Source: an uncultured Brevinematales bacterium
GTDB lineage: Bacteria; Spirochaetota; Brevinematia; Brevinematales; CAZQBT01
DNA: 64,000 bases
Direction of reading: 5' to 3'
NCBI GenBank assembly: GCA_964591955.1
Contig: CAZQBT010000002.1
Coordinates: forward strand, 7,669 to 71,668
In this document: piece by piece, positions 47,574 through 55,689 of the stretch
How positions within the stretch are numbered: the stretch's first letter is position 1
How the letters are laid out: the number at the start of each line of letters is the position of its first letter
Notes under the pieces: model-generated
Database searches by the model: none
What the model was told of the DNA's origin: nothing
The model's input: the letters and a program-made list of their open reading frames with translations, nothing else
Made by a program: the position numbers and the translations under genes

Positions 47574-47607
47574 GCTGCCGTAATTTTTACGGCAGCTTCT
47601 TTATTTG
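47574..47607 (+). terminator. rho-independent terminator of the ECF operon
   Basis: 9-bp stem GCTGCCGTA/TACGGCAGC with a 5-nt loop, followed by TTCTTTATTT. Confidence 0.7.
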
Positions 47608-47620
47608 ATAATAGAATCAA

Positions 47621-47649
47621 ATAGCCGCACCCTTAAAAAGTGCGGCTAT
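47621..47649 (-). terminator. probable terminator of the acyl-CoA dehydrogenase operon
   Basis: 10-bp stem ATAGCCGCAC/GTGCGGCTAT with a 9-nt loop, 30 nt downstream of the stop at 47679. The U-tract on the minus strand is poor (UUGAUUCUAUU). Confidence 0.5.
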
Positions 47650-47678
47650 TATAATATCTAAATTTGTTTAAACCGAAA

Positions 47679-49397
47679 CTAATTTTTCCCGTCCAAAATT
47701 GCGCCTTTTGTTTCAAGAAGAGACGAAACGTCTTTCATAATAACCTCGTGCCTGACTTTTACTTCGGGCATAGCATATTCAAGGAAATATTTAAGCACGT
47801 CCTTTTTCCTGTCTGAGCGGGTGGCATCTCTGAGCATAAGATACCCGATAAACACGTTGGTAACCATCTCGACAAGACGCCTTGAGTGGTAGTCCTGAAA
47901 ATCATCGTCACCCTTTTCGCGAACGTGCGCGATAGCCTCTTCGGTGAGTTTCGACATTTCCAGCACGATTTTATGAGGTTGTTCAACACCTGTAAAATTA
48001 AAGGTGTTTTCATATTCGTTAATCTGTGCCATAGCAATACCCTTAATAATACCGCCGATAGCCGCAACAACCTGAAGCTGGGTTGTTCCCTCATATATAT
48101 TAGTGATACGGGCATCGCGGTAATGGCGTTCCGCGTTAAATTCTTTCATAAATCCTGTTCCGCCATGTATCTGGATACCGTCATAGCTTACCTGATTGGA
48201 AATTTCGGTATTGTAAGCCTTAACCATCGGCGTCATAAGAGCGGAAAGCGCAGAGTATTTACGGAGGTCTTCTTTAAGCTCACGCGCCTTTTCGGGATAT
48301 TTTTCGCTGATATGTTCAAGTCCGTCGCGGATATCCACTATAATAGATGTTTCGTAAAGCAATGTTCGAGCCGCTTCAATCTTGGTTTTCATATTGGCAA
48401 GCATTTCGCTTACCGCGATAAATTCCTTAATAGGGCGTTTAAACTGGACGCGCTCCTCTGCGTATTTCTTAGCTTCGCGGTATGCCGCTTCGGCAATACC
48501 CAAACCTTGTGCTGCAATAGCAAGACGCGCTCCGTTCATTAGCGACATAACGTATTTAATAAGCCCGTATTTTCTTTTACCGACAAGCTCGCAAGGGGCA
48601 TCGTTAAACTGCAACTCACAAGTCGGAGAGCCGTGTATGCCGAGTTTGTTTTCTATACGGCGGATTTTCATTTTATCATCGCGCTCATAAACAAACATAG
48701 AAAGCCCGCGTCCGTCGTGCGTTCCCTCTTCGCTTCTTGCAAGCACAAGCGAAATTTCTCCGCATCCGTTGGTAATAAAGCGTTTTACGCCCTTGAGATA
48801 CCATTTTTCGTCCTTTTCATAAGCCTTGAGCATAACAGCCTGAAGGTCGCTTCCGGCATCGGGTTCGGTAAGCGCCATTGAGCCGGTTACCTCTCCGCTG
48901 CAAAAACGCGGGAGGTATCTCTGCTTCTGGTCTTCATCGGCAAACTTGTTGATGGTTTCCGCTATATCCTGAAGTCCGAAAAGGTTCATAAGCGCCGCAT
49001 CACCGCGGGTTACTATTTCAATAGCAATTGAGTAAAGAGTGATAGGGCAGTTAAGACCGCCGTATTTGCGGGGAAGCGTGAACCCCATCAAATCCGCTTT
49101 TTTAAGCATATCAAGAGCAACTTCCGTTCCTTTGGCGTATCTTACCTCGCCTTTCTCAAAATGAGCGCCTTCCTCATCAACTTCGGCGGCGTAAGGCTCA
49201 ATAATATTTCCTGCAATATCCCCGACAATTTCAAGGATACGGTTATAAGAATCTTTAGTATCCGAATAATTTACAGGCGCATAATCAATTTTGCCCTTAT
49301 CTGCAAAATTTTCCTCTTTCAAGTCGATAACCCTGTCAAGGTCGAGATGCTTGAAGTGGAAAAGTATATCGTCATTATCTTTATAAAAATTCGGCAT
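47679..49397 (-). CDS. long-form acyl-CoA dehydrogenase (extra N- and C-terminal domains)
   Basis: 572-aa ORF with ACAD core blocks (ALTEPDAGSD, ITNG, IHGGTGF.., YEGT) flanked by the MPNFYKDNDDILFHF.. N-domain and a ~120-aa C-extension. Confidence 0.88.
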   Translation of the reverse strand: MPNFYKDNDDILFHFKHLDLDRVIDLKEENFADKGKIDYAPVNYSDTKDSYNRILEIVGDIAGNIIEPYAAEVDEEGAHFEKGEVRYAKGTEVALDMLKKADLMGFTLPRKYGGLNCPITLYSIAIEIVTRGDAALMNLFGLQDIAETINKFADEDQKQRYLPRFCSGEVTGSMALTEPDAGSDLQAVMLKAYEKDEKWYLKGVKRFITNGCGEISLVLARSEEGTHDGRGLSMFVYERDDKMKIRRIENKLGIHGSPTCELQFNDAPCELVGKRKYGLIKYVMSLMNGARLAIAAQGLGIAEAAYREAKKYAEERVQFKRPIKEFIAVSEMLANMKTKIEAARTLLYETSIIVDIRDGLEHISEKYPEKARELKEDLRKYSALSALMTPMVKAYNTEISNQVSYDGIQIHGGTGFMKEFNAERHYRDARITNIYEGTTQLQVVAAIGGIIKGIAMAQINEYENTFNFTGVEQPHKIVLEMSKLTEEAIAHVREKGDDDFQDYHSRRLVEMVTNVFIGYLMLRDATRSDRKKDVLKYFLEYAMPEVKVRHEVIMKDVSSLLETKGAILDGKN

Positions 49398-49410
49398 CTT
49401 TTGCCTCCCC

Positions 49411-50436
49411 TTATTTCTTTAGTGATTTATAAGTTTCTATCATCATCGGTATGACTTCATTCAAATCGCCGACTATACCGTAATGAGCAATCTGGAAAAT
49501 CGGAGCGTTAGGGTCATTATTTATTGCGATAATCCTGCTTGATTCGCTCATACCTGCCATATGTTGAATCTGTCCTGAAATACCCACGGCTATATAGAGT
49601 TTGGGACGGACAGTTGTTCCCGTTTGACCGACCTGATGGTCGTGTCCGATAAAACCGGCATCGACAGCCGCACGCGAACCTCCGACTTCCCCTCCGAGAA
49701 CGTGGGCAAGCTCGTGGATAAGTTTAAAGCTGTCTTTGGAACCGACCCCCATACCTCCCGATACTATAATCGAGGCAGCCTTGAGGTCAACCGATTTTTC
49801 TTCCTGTATGCGTTTTAAAATCTGTGATACGAGATGCTTTTTATCGACGGAGGGTGCAAAGGTTATAACTTCGCCTTTAGCGCCTTTTTTAGGCTCACGC
49901 GCTTTCATAACGCCCTCGCGAACCGTTGCCATCTGGGGTCGATGGTCGGGGCTTACAATCGTAGCGATAATGTTACCGCCGAAAGCGGGACGTATCTGGT
50001 AAAGAATGTTTTTGTAGTTTTTTTCACCGTCTTTGCCTTTTTTAGTATAATCTCCTATTTGAAGGTCTGTGCAGTCTGCGGTGAGACCTACCCGTAATTC
50101 CGATGCGATACGGGGGGCAAGGTCGCGTCCCGTAGTGGTAGCGCCGTAAAGAACAATCTGGGGTTTGTATTCCTGTATCATCTTTACTACCGTGTCGGCG
50201 TAAGGCAATGAACGAAAATTCTTAAATTCAGTGTCTTCGGCAACATATACCTTTTCCGCGCCGTATTCAAAGAGAGTCTTTGCAAGGTCTTGAACCTTAT
50301 CTCCGATAATAACAGCGCCTGTTTTTACGCCGAGCTTTGCGGCGAGTTCGCTGCCTTTTCCGAGTAATTCAAGGCTTACATCGGCAATCTTTCCTGCGTT
50401 TTGTTCAACATATACCCATACTTCGTTATTAGACAT
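49411..50436 (-). CDS. etfA: electron transfer flavoprotein alpha subunit
   Basis: Start at the ATG at 50436 (M53 of the ORF-track ORF, AAGGGGGAA RBS). Blocks VWVYVEQ..VSLELLGKG, RPAFGGNI, GQTG..V.P.LYIA.GISGQIQH. Confidence 0.92.
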   Translation of the reverse strand: MSNNEVWVYVEQNAGKIADVSLELLGKGSELAAKLGVKTGAVIIGDKVQDLAKTLFEYGAEKVYVAEDTEFKNFRSLPYADTVVKMIQEYKPQIVLYGATTTGRDLAPRIASELRVGLTADCTDLQIGDYTKKGKDGEKNYKNILYQIRPAFGGNIIATIVSPDHRPQMATVREGVMKAREPKKGAKGEVITFAPSVDKKHLVSQILKRIQEEKSVDLKAASIIVSGGMGVGSKDSFKLIHELAHVLGGEVGGSRAAVDAGFIGHDHQVGQTGTTVRPKLYIAVGISGQIQHMAGMSESSRIIAINNDPNAPIFQIAHYGIVGDLNEVIPMMIETYKSLKK

Positions 50437-50447
50437 AATATTCCCCC

Positions 50448-51320
50448 TTAACCTATGATGTGTTCCGACATAAGTTCGGAGACGAGACCTGTAAGCCCGT
50501 CCTTTGTCGGTTCTATATGTTTTACTTCTGCAGCGCCGAGAATAACGCTTTCTATCTGCTTTACCTTTGTAGGCGAGCCTGCCAAACCGCATTGCTCTTT
50601 ATCGGCGTTTATATCCTCATGTCCCCAAAGTTTAATAACAACGTGGGAATCGTCTATCTCATAGGAATTAAGATATTCGTCATCGTAATTTTCTTTTTCC
50701 TGAAGCGTCATTGCATGCTTGTAAGCAAGCATTTTTTTAGCAGAAGGCGGGCGAGGAGTGTTAGCCTCATTGGTGATAGTAAGCAGAATAGGGAGAGGGG
50801 ATTTGATTTGTTCGTAACCGCCCTCAATAGAACGTTCCGCCGTGATGGATTTGCCCGAAAGTTCGATAATTTTATCAACACAGGAAATCTGGTTGACTTT
50901 GAGTTTTTCCGCGGTTTGAGGTCCGACTTGAGCCGTATCCCCGTCAATAGCCTGACGTCCGCACAAGACAATATCAAACTCGCCGATTTTTTCAATAGCC
51001 TTAGCCAAAACATACGAAGTGGCGAGAGTATCCGCACCTGCAAACAAGCGGTCGGATATTAAAACAACATCATCCGCACCTCTGAATAAGGAATCTCTTA
51101 AAACCTGTGCGGCGTTAGGTGGTCCCATAGTAAGCACGGTAATCTTACCGCCATGGGTTTCTTTGATTTTGAGCGCTTCTTCAAGCGCGTTCAGGTCTTC
51201 CGGATTAAAGATAGCGGGAAGAGCGGCTCTGTTTACCGTGCCGTCCTCTTTCATCGCATCACCGGTAACGTTGTGGGTATCCGGGACCTGTTTAACTAAA
51301 ACAATCATATTGTATCCCAC
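50448..51320 (-). CDS. etfB: electron transfer flavoprotein beta subunit (bifurcating-type FAD motif)
   Basis: Blocks IVLVKQVPD, FAGADTLATS, CGRQAIDGDTAQVGP. GTG start at 51320 with GGAGG 7 nt upstream. Confidence 0.92.
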   Translation of the reverse strand: MGYNMIVLVKQVPDTHNVTGDAMKEDGTVNRAALPAIFNPEDLNALEEALKIKETHGGKITVLTMGPPNAAQVLRDSLFRGADDVVLISDRLFAGADTLATSYVLAKAIEKIGEFDIVLCGRQAIDGDTAQVGPQTAEKLKVNQISCVDKIIELSGKSITAERSIEGGYEQIKSPLPILLTITNEANTPRPPSAKKMLAYKHAMTLQEKENYDDEYLNSYEIDDSHVVIKLWGHEDINADKEQCGLAGSPTKVKQIESVILGAAEVKHIEPTKDGLTGLVSELMSEHIIG

Positions 51321-51344
51321 TTTTTAACCTCCAGTGTATCGTAA

Positions 51345-52364
51345 TTAAAATATAGATTTTATTTTTTGAAGTTCCGCTTCGGCTTCCTCAGCGATAGAGC
51401 GAACAACGTCTTTCATAGGTAAAACGTCTTTCATAAGCCCGACACTTTGTCCCGCCATAAGCGAACCGTTGTCCACATCACCGTCAACAACCGCACGTCT
51501 GAGAGCGCCGAGCCAGAAGTTTTCCACTTCGTATTGAGCGGTTTCACGGTCGATAGCCCCGCTTTCAAGTTTTTCCAAGAGTTCAAGTTGGAGTTTTCTA
51601 AAGGATTCCATTCCCGGATTGTTTAAAGCCCTGACCGGAACGACAGGCAGTCTTGAGTCAAACTGAGGCGTGGCAATAGCCGAACGGGCATTAGCTTTAA
51701 TAAAAGCCTCTTTAAAATTATGGTGGGCGGTGCATTCCTCGGTCATTACAAAACGCGTTCCCATCTGCACCCCGGCAGCGCCCATAAGCAAGAGATGCGC
51801 AACCATCTTGCCGGTAGCGATACCGCCTGCGACAAAAATCGGGACTTTATCTCCAACCTCAAAAAGCACCTGTTGCAAAAGTATGGTCAACGATACGGGA
51901 CCTATATGTCCGCCCGCCTCGCTTCCCTCAAGAAGAAGCGCGTCAACCCCGAAACGTATCATCTGTTGAGCGATGGAGTCGGTTGAAGCAAAAGACATAG
52001 TTTTTTTCCCCGCTTCTTTCATTCCCTCAACTGCCCATTTCTTGGGGAAATTACCGGCAAAAACAACGTAATCGACTTTCTTTTTTAGAAGAATATCATA
52101 ATGGGATTTATAGTTAGGAGCTATTGTGATAAGATTAACGGCGAAAGGCTTGTCGAGATTTTCGATACATTTATCGACTTCCGCTTCAAATAAATCGGGA
52201 GGCATATTACCGCCTGCAAGAACGGGAAAAGCCCCGGCATCGCTGACTGCTTTAACAAGCTCAAAATTGCTAATCCAAGACATTGCGCCGCAAATCATGG
52301 GATATTTTACACCTAAGAAATCTTTTCCCCGCTTCCAGATATTATCTAATAATCGTAATTCCAT
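51345..52364 (-). CDS. nitronate monooxygenase / FabK-like FMN-dependent oxidoreductase
   Basis: 339-aa ORF. NPD-family blocks YPMICGAMSWIS, LLEGSEAGGH and FVAGGIATGKMVAHLLLMGAAGVQMGTRF. Confidence 0.8.
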   Translation of the reverse strand: MELRLLDNIWKRGKDFLGVKYPMICGAMSWISNFELVKAVSDAGAFPVLAGGNMPPDLFEAEVDKCIENLDKPFAVNLITIAPNYKSHYDILLKKKVDYVVFAGNFPKKWAVEGMKEAGKKTMSFASTDSIAQQMIRFGVDALLLEGSEAGGHIGPVSLTILLQQVLFEVGDKVPIFVAGGIATGKMVAHLLLMGAAGVQMGTRFVMTEECTAHHNFKEAFIKANARSAIATPQFDSRLPVVPVRALNNPGMESFRKLQLELLEKLESGAIDRETAQYEVENFWLGALRRAVVDGDVDNGSLMAGQSVGLMKDVLPMKDVVRSIAEEAEAELQKIKSIF

Positions 52365-52397
52365 ATTCGCACTCCTGAAAATAAAATGACGAAGAAT

Positions 52398-52426
52398 ATT
52401 ATAACTTAGACGTGGAAAAAAGACAA
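52398..52426 (-). promoter_or_regulatory. sigma70-type promoter (TTGTCT-17-TATAAT) of the FabK-like/etfBA/ACAD operon
   Basis: On the minus strand, TTGTCT (52426-52421), a 17-nt spacer and TATAAT (52403-52398), about 34 nt upstream of the ATG at 52364. Confidence 0.55.
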
Positions 52427-52441
52427 ATAAAATAGGGGGGA

Positions 52442-52903
52442 TTAGAGAGTTTTGCGCACCGCAATTTCATCACACGCCATAATTTTCGGGCAGTTTGTGC
52501 AATCTCTCCAGATTTTTTGCGGGAATATATCCTTATTGACGACCTTATACCCCAGACGGATAAAGAAATCTTTTGATAAAGTAAGGGCAAAAATGAATTT
52601 AACGCCTTCATCGCGGCAAATATCCTCCGCCTTTTTTACAAGGAGACTTCCCGTGCCTTTTTTGCGGTAGGTATCACAAACCGCAAGAGAACGAATCTCG
52701 GCGAGTTCCTCGGTAAAAAACGATAAGGCGCAGCACCCGACAAGTTTATCCTCATCGCAGGCAACTATAAAGTTACGGATATTTTCTATAATTTTCTCAA
52801 CCGAACGTTCAAGCATCAACCCCTCTTTGGCATATTGGCTTATAAGATTCGATATAGCGCGCGCCTCATTAAGTTTGGCGTTTCTTATCGTAAGGCTACA
52901 CAA
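52442..52903 (-). CDS. GNAT family N-acetyltransferase (ArgA-like amino-acid acetyltransferase type)
   Basis: 153 aa. Blocks IRNAKLNEARAI..L and LAVCDTYRKKGTGSLL (motif A). The TTG start at 52903 overlaps the trxA stop by 8 nt. Confidence 0.8.
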   Translation of the reverse strand: MCSLTIRNAKLNEARAISNLISQYAKEGLMLERSVEKIIENIRNFIVACDEDKLVGCCALSFFTEELAEIRSLAVCDTYRKKGTGSLLVKKAEDICRDEGVKFIFALTLSKDFFIRLGYKVVNKDIFPQKIWRDCTNCPKIMACDEIAVRKTL

Positions 52904-53219
52904 GAGAGTCTACCAATTCCTTTATTTTATTTTTAGGGACTGCTCCCACAATTTTTTCAACCGCTTCGCCGTTTTTAAATATAACGATAGTAGGTATTCC
53001 CGTTATTGCCAACTTAGCGGGGGTTTCAGGCGATGCATCCACGTCCATTTTAGCTACTTTGAGTTTGCCGTCATATTCTTCCGCTATTTGCTCTATAATT
53101 GGGGCAATCATTCTGCAAGGAGCGCACCATGAAGCCCAAAAATCAACCAGCACAGGGATATCCGATTTTAAAACTTCCGAGTCAAAATTTTCATCGGTAA
53201 TATCAATATACTTTCCCAT
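52896..53219 (-). CDS. trxA: thioredoxin (active site WCAPC)
   Basis: 107 aa. Blocks VLVDFWASWCAPCRMIAP and GIPTIVIFKNGE. Confidence 0.92.
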   Translation of the reverse strand: MGKYIDITDENFDSEVLKSDIPVLVDFWASWCAPCRMIAPIIEQIAEEYDGKLKVAKMDVDASPETPAKLAITGIPTIVIFKNGEAVEKIVGAVPKNKIKELVDSLV

Positions 53220-53253
53220 AAATATTCTCCTTAAAATTTATCCGAAAGCAGGT

Positions 53254-54120
53254 TTAACTCTGCTTTTTATCTTCACCGTGTTTGCGTTTGAATTTTCTGA
53301 TTTCCTTTATGTCGTCAAAATGAAAGTTTTCACCGAGGTAATAAGCCTTGACCATTTCGCGCTTTTCCTCGTTAATTTCACTTTTAGAACCGAAAAGTTC
53401 CTTGAATGTAGCCTCGACTTTAATTTGCCCTTCGTAAACAATATAAGCCCTGTCCATAAAGTATAGAGTTTCAAGCGCGTTATGGTCGGTAATAAGTATG
53501 CCGATACCCCGTTTATCGCGCAGGCTTGTAATTATATTTTGTATGCCCTCAATAGCCATAGGGTCAATACCGGTAAAAGGCTCATCAAGCAAAACAAATC
53601 GGGGATTAATTGCGAGGATACGCGCAACCTCGGTTCGACGTTTTTCACCTCCCGAAAGGGTAAATGCCTTCTGCTTTCGAACATGCTCAAGTTTTAATTC
53701 GGAAATAAGCGAATCGGTGATAAGGTCGATTTCCGACCTGTCCTTGCCCTGAATATCAAGAACCGCCTTGATATTTTCTTCAACGGTCAATTTTCTAAAA
53801 ATCGAGTTTTCCTGAGGGAGGTATCCGATACCGCTAAGTGCGCGTTTATACATAGGAAGACGCTCTATGTTTTTCCCGTCGAGATACACATTGCCGCCGT
53901 TTGATGCAATCAAACCGACTATCATATAGAAAGTAGTCGTTTTGCCCGCACCGTTTGGTCCGAGAAGTCCCACGATTTCACCTTGTTTAACATGGAAACT
54001 AACCTCATCCACAACCCTTTTTCTGCCGTAGATTTTTACGAGTTTATCCGCTACGATACCTTCTTTTGAATTGTCAATGTTATAATCGGGCTGGGTTTGT
54101 ATGTCGGTGTAATAATCCAT
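53254..54120 (-). CDS. lptB: LPS export ABC transporter ATP-binding protein LptB
   Basis: Walker A GPNGAGKTT, signature LSGGEKRRTEVARIL, and the LptB-typical tail ..VKAYYLGENF. It has ~25-aa N- and ~25-aa C-terminal extensions. Confidence 0.85.
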   Translation of the reverse strand: MDYYTDIQTQPDYNIDNSKEGIVADKLVKIYGRKRVVDEVSFHVKQGEIVGLLGPNGAGKTTTFYMIVGLIASNGGNVYLDGKNIERLPMYKRALSGIGYLPQENSIFRKLTVEENIKAVLDIQGKDRSEIDLITDSLISELKLEHVRKQKAFTLSGGEKRRTEVARILAINPRFVLLDEPFTGIDPMAIEGIQNIITSLRDKRGIGILITDHNALETLYFMDRAYIVYEGQIKVEATFKELFGSKSEINEEKREMVKAYYLGENFHFDDIKEIRKFKRKHGEDKKQS

Positions 54121-54130
54121 AAAAACTCCC

Positions 54131-54970
54131 TTAGTGAGTGTATTTAATAAGCTCGTAAATAGTCTTTTTAATATTTTTTCTTTCTACGATAATATCAACA
54201 AAGCCGTGTTCAAGCAGAAAAGAAGAAGTCTGGAAATTAGGAGGAAGTTTTTGTTTAATAGTCTGCTCAATAACACGGGGTCCTGCAAAACCGATAAGGG
54301 CATCGGGCTCCGCTAATATAAAATCACCGAGCATAGCGAAGGAAGCGGTAACACCGCCGGTAGTGGGATTAGTGAGAAGCGCAATATAAAGTCCTCCGTT
54401 ATCGGAAAAACGTTTTAAAGCAGCCGATGTTTTGGCCATCTGCATAAGCGATAGAATTCCCTCGTGCATACGCGCGCCGCCCGAAGCAGTGCAGATAATA
54501 AGAGAGCGTTTATGACGGTCTGCCGCTTCAATGGCGAGGGTGATTTTTTCGCCTACTACCGAACCCATACTTCCGCCGAGAAACGAAAAATCCATCACGG
54601 CAAGCTGAACAGGCAACCCGTTTAAAAGTCCGTGTCCGGTAACCACCGCTTCTTTAAGATGAGTTTTTTCCATAGCGGATTTTACTTTGGTATCATAACG
54701 GGATTTGCCGTCATTGAAATTCAGCGGGTCAACCGATACTATATCATTGTCGGTTTCTACAAAAGTTCCGGCATCTACAATCGTTTGGATGCGTTGAAAA
54801 GCGTTTAATTTATCGTGATAACCGCAATTAGCACAAACACGCAAATTTTCTTCCCATTCCTTATTGTAAATTATAGCGCTGCACATAGGGCATTTATGCC
54901 ATAAGCCCTCTTGCATACCGGATTGCGCTCCCTTTTTAATATTATATTTTTGCTTAGTAAACCAAGCCAT
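54131..54970 (-). CDS. accD: acetyl-CoA carboxylase carboxyltransferase beta subunit
   Basis: N-terminal zinc ribbon CPMC..CANCGYH, then FSFLGGSMGSVVGEK and SGGARMHEG. Confidence 0.93.
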   Translation of the reverse strand: MAWFTKQKYNIKKGAQSGMQEGLWHKCPMCSAIIYNKEWEENLRVCANCGYHDKLNAFQRIQTIVDAGTFVETDNDIVSVDPLNFNDGKSRYDTKVKSAMEKTHLKEAVVTGHGLLNGLPVQLAVMDFSFLGGSMGSVVGEKITLAIEAADRHKRSLIICTASGGARMHEGILSLMQMAKTSAALKRFSDNGGLYIALLTNPTTGGVTASFAMLGDFILAEPDALIGFAGPRVIEQTIKQKLPPNFQTSSFLLEHGFVDIIVERKNIKKTIYELIKYTH

Positions 54971-55014
54971 TTAGCCACCTCCAAAATTAGAAACATTTAT
55001 TATAGTTTAAAATT

Positions 55015-55689
55015 TTATACGGGATTTTTCTTTAGCCAGTCTTCCATAATATCGACGGAACTGCTTGCGCCGATTCTATTGGCCCCCGCTTCTATTAAAG
55101 CGAGTGCAAAATCAAGAGTTTTAACGCCTCCCGAAGCCTTTACCTTGAGTGATTTTCCGCCGATTTTTCGCATAAGACTAATATCATCAATTGTAGCGCC
55201 GGACTTTGCAAAACCTGTCGATGTTTTCACGAAATCAGCCCCGGCATCTTTTACGAGCTTGATAGCGGTGCGTTTTTCATCCTCAGTAAGCAAAGCCGTT
55301 TCAATAATAACCTTGAGAATGCGTTTGCCCGTAATCTTTTTGAGCTTGCTGATTTCTTTGCGGACAAAATCCGTATCACCCTCTTTGAGCTTTCCGATAT
55401 TGATAACCATATCAATTTCCTTTGCGCCTTCCTCAAGAGCCAATTCGGTTTCGGCGATTTTAATTTTTGTAGTGTTGGCGCCGAGAGGAAATCCTACAAC
55501 AGTGCAAATATCTACCTTAGACCCTTTTAATAGCTTTTTACTCAATTTTACCCAAACCGGATTTACGCATACGGAGAAAAACCCGTATTCTGCAGCTTCA
55601 CTACAAAGTTTTTCAATATCAGCGCTTGTAATTTCCGGTTTTAAAACAGTGTGGTCAAAATACTTTGCCAATTTAATTTTTTGCTGCAT
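55015..55689 (-). CDS. deoC: deoxyribose-phosphate aldolase
   Basis: FDHTVLKPE, VCVNP, FVKTSTGF and the Schiff-base region KASGGV. The start overlaps the upstream protease stop by 17 nt. Confidence 0.92.
   Translation of the reverse strand: MQQKIKLAKYFDHTVLKPEITSADIEKLCSEAAEYGFFSVCVNPVWVKLSKKLLKGSKVDICTVVGFPLGANTTKIKIAETELALEEGAKEIDMVINIGKLKEGDTDFVRKEISKLKKITGKRILKVIIETALLTEDEKRTAIKLVKDAGADFVKTSTGFAKSGATIDDISLMRKIGGKSLKVKASGGVKTLDFALALIEAGANRIGASSSVDIMEDWLKKNPV

Noticed and set aside
50437-50592. N-terminal extensions of ORF-track ORFs (etfA 393 aa, rex 264 aa, rbfA 186 aa, glyQ 315 aa, STAS 135 aa, mscS 388 aa)
   Set aside because: The extensions are Arg-rich or otherwise atypical. They overlap the upstream gene or a mapped promoter. 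In each case an internal ATG with a good RBS gives the canonical family N-terminus.
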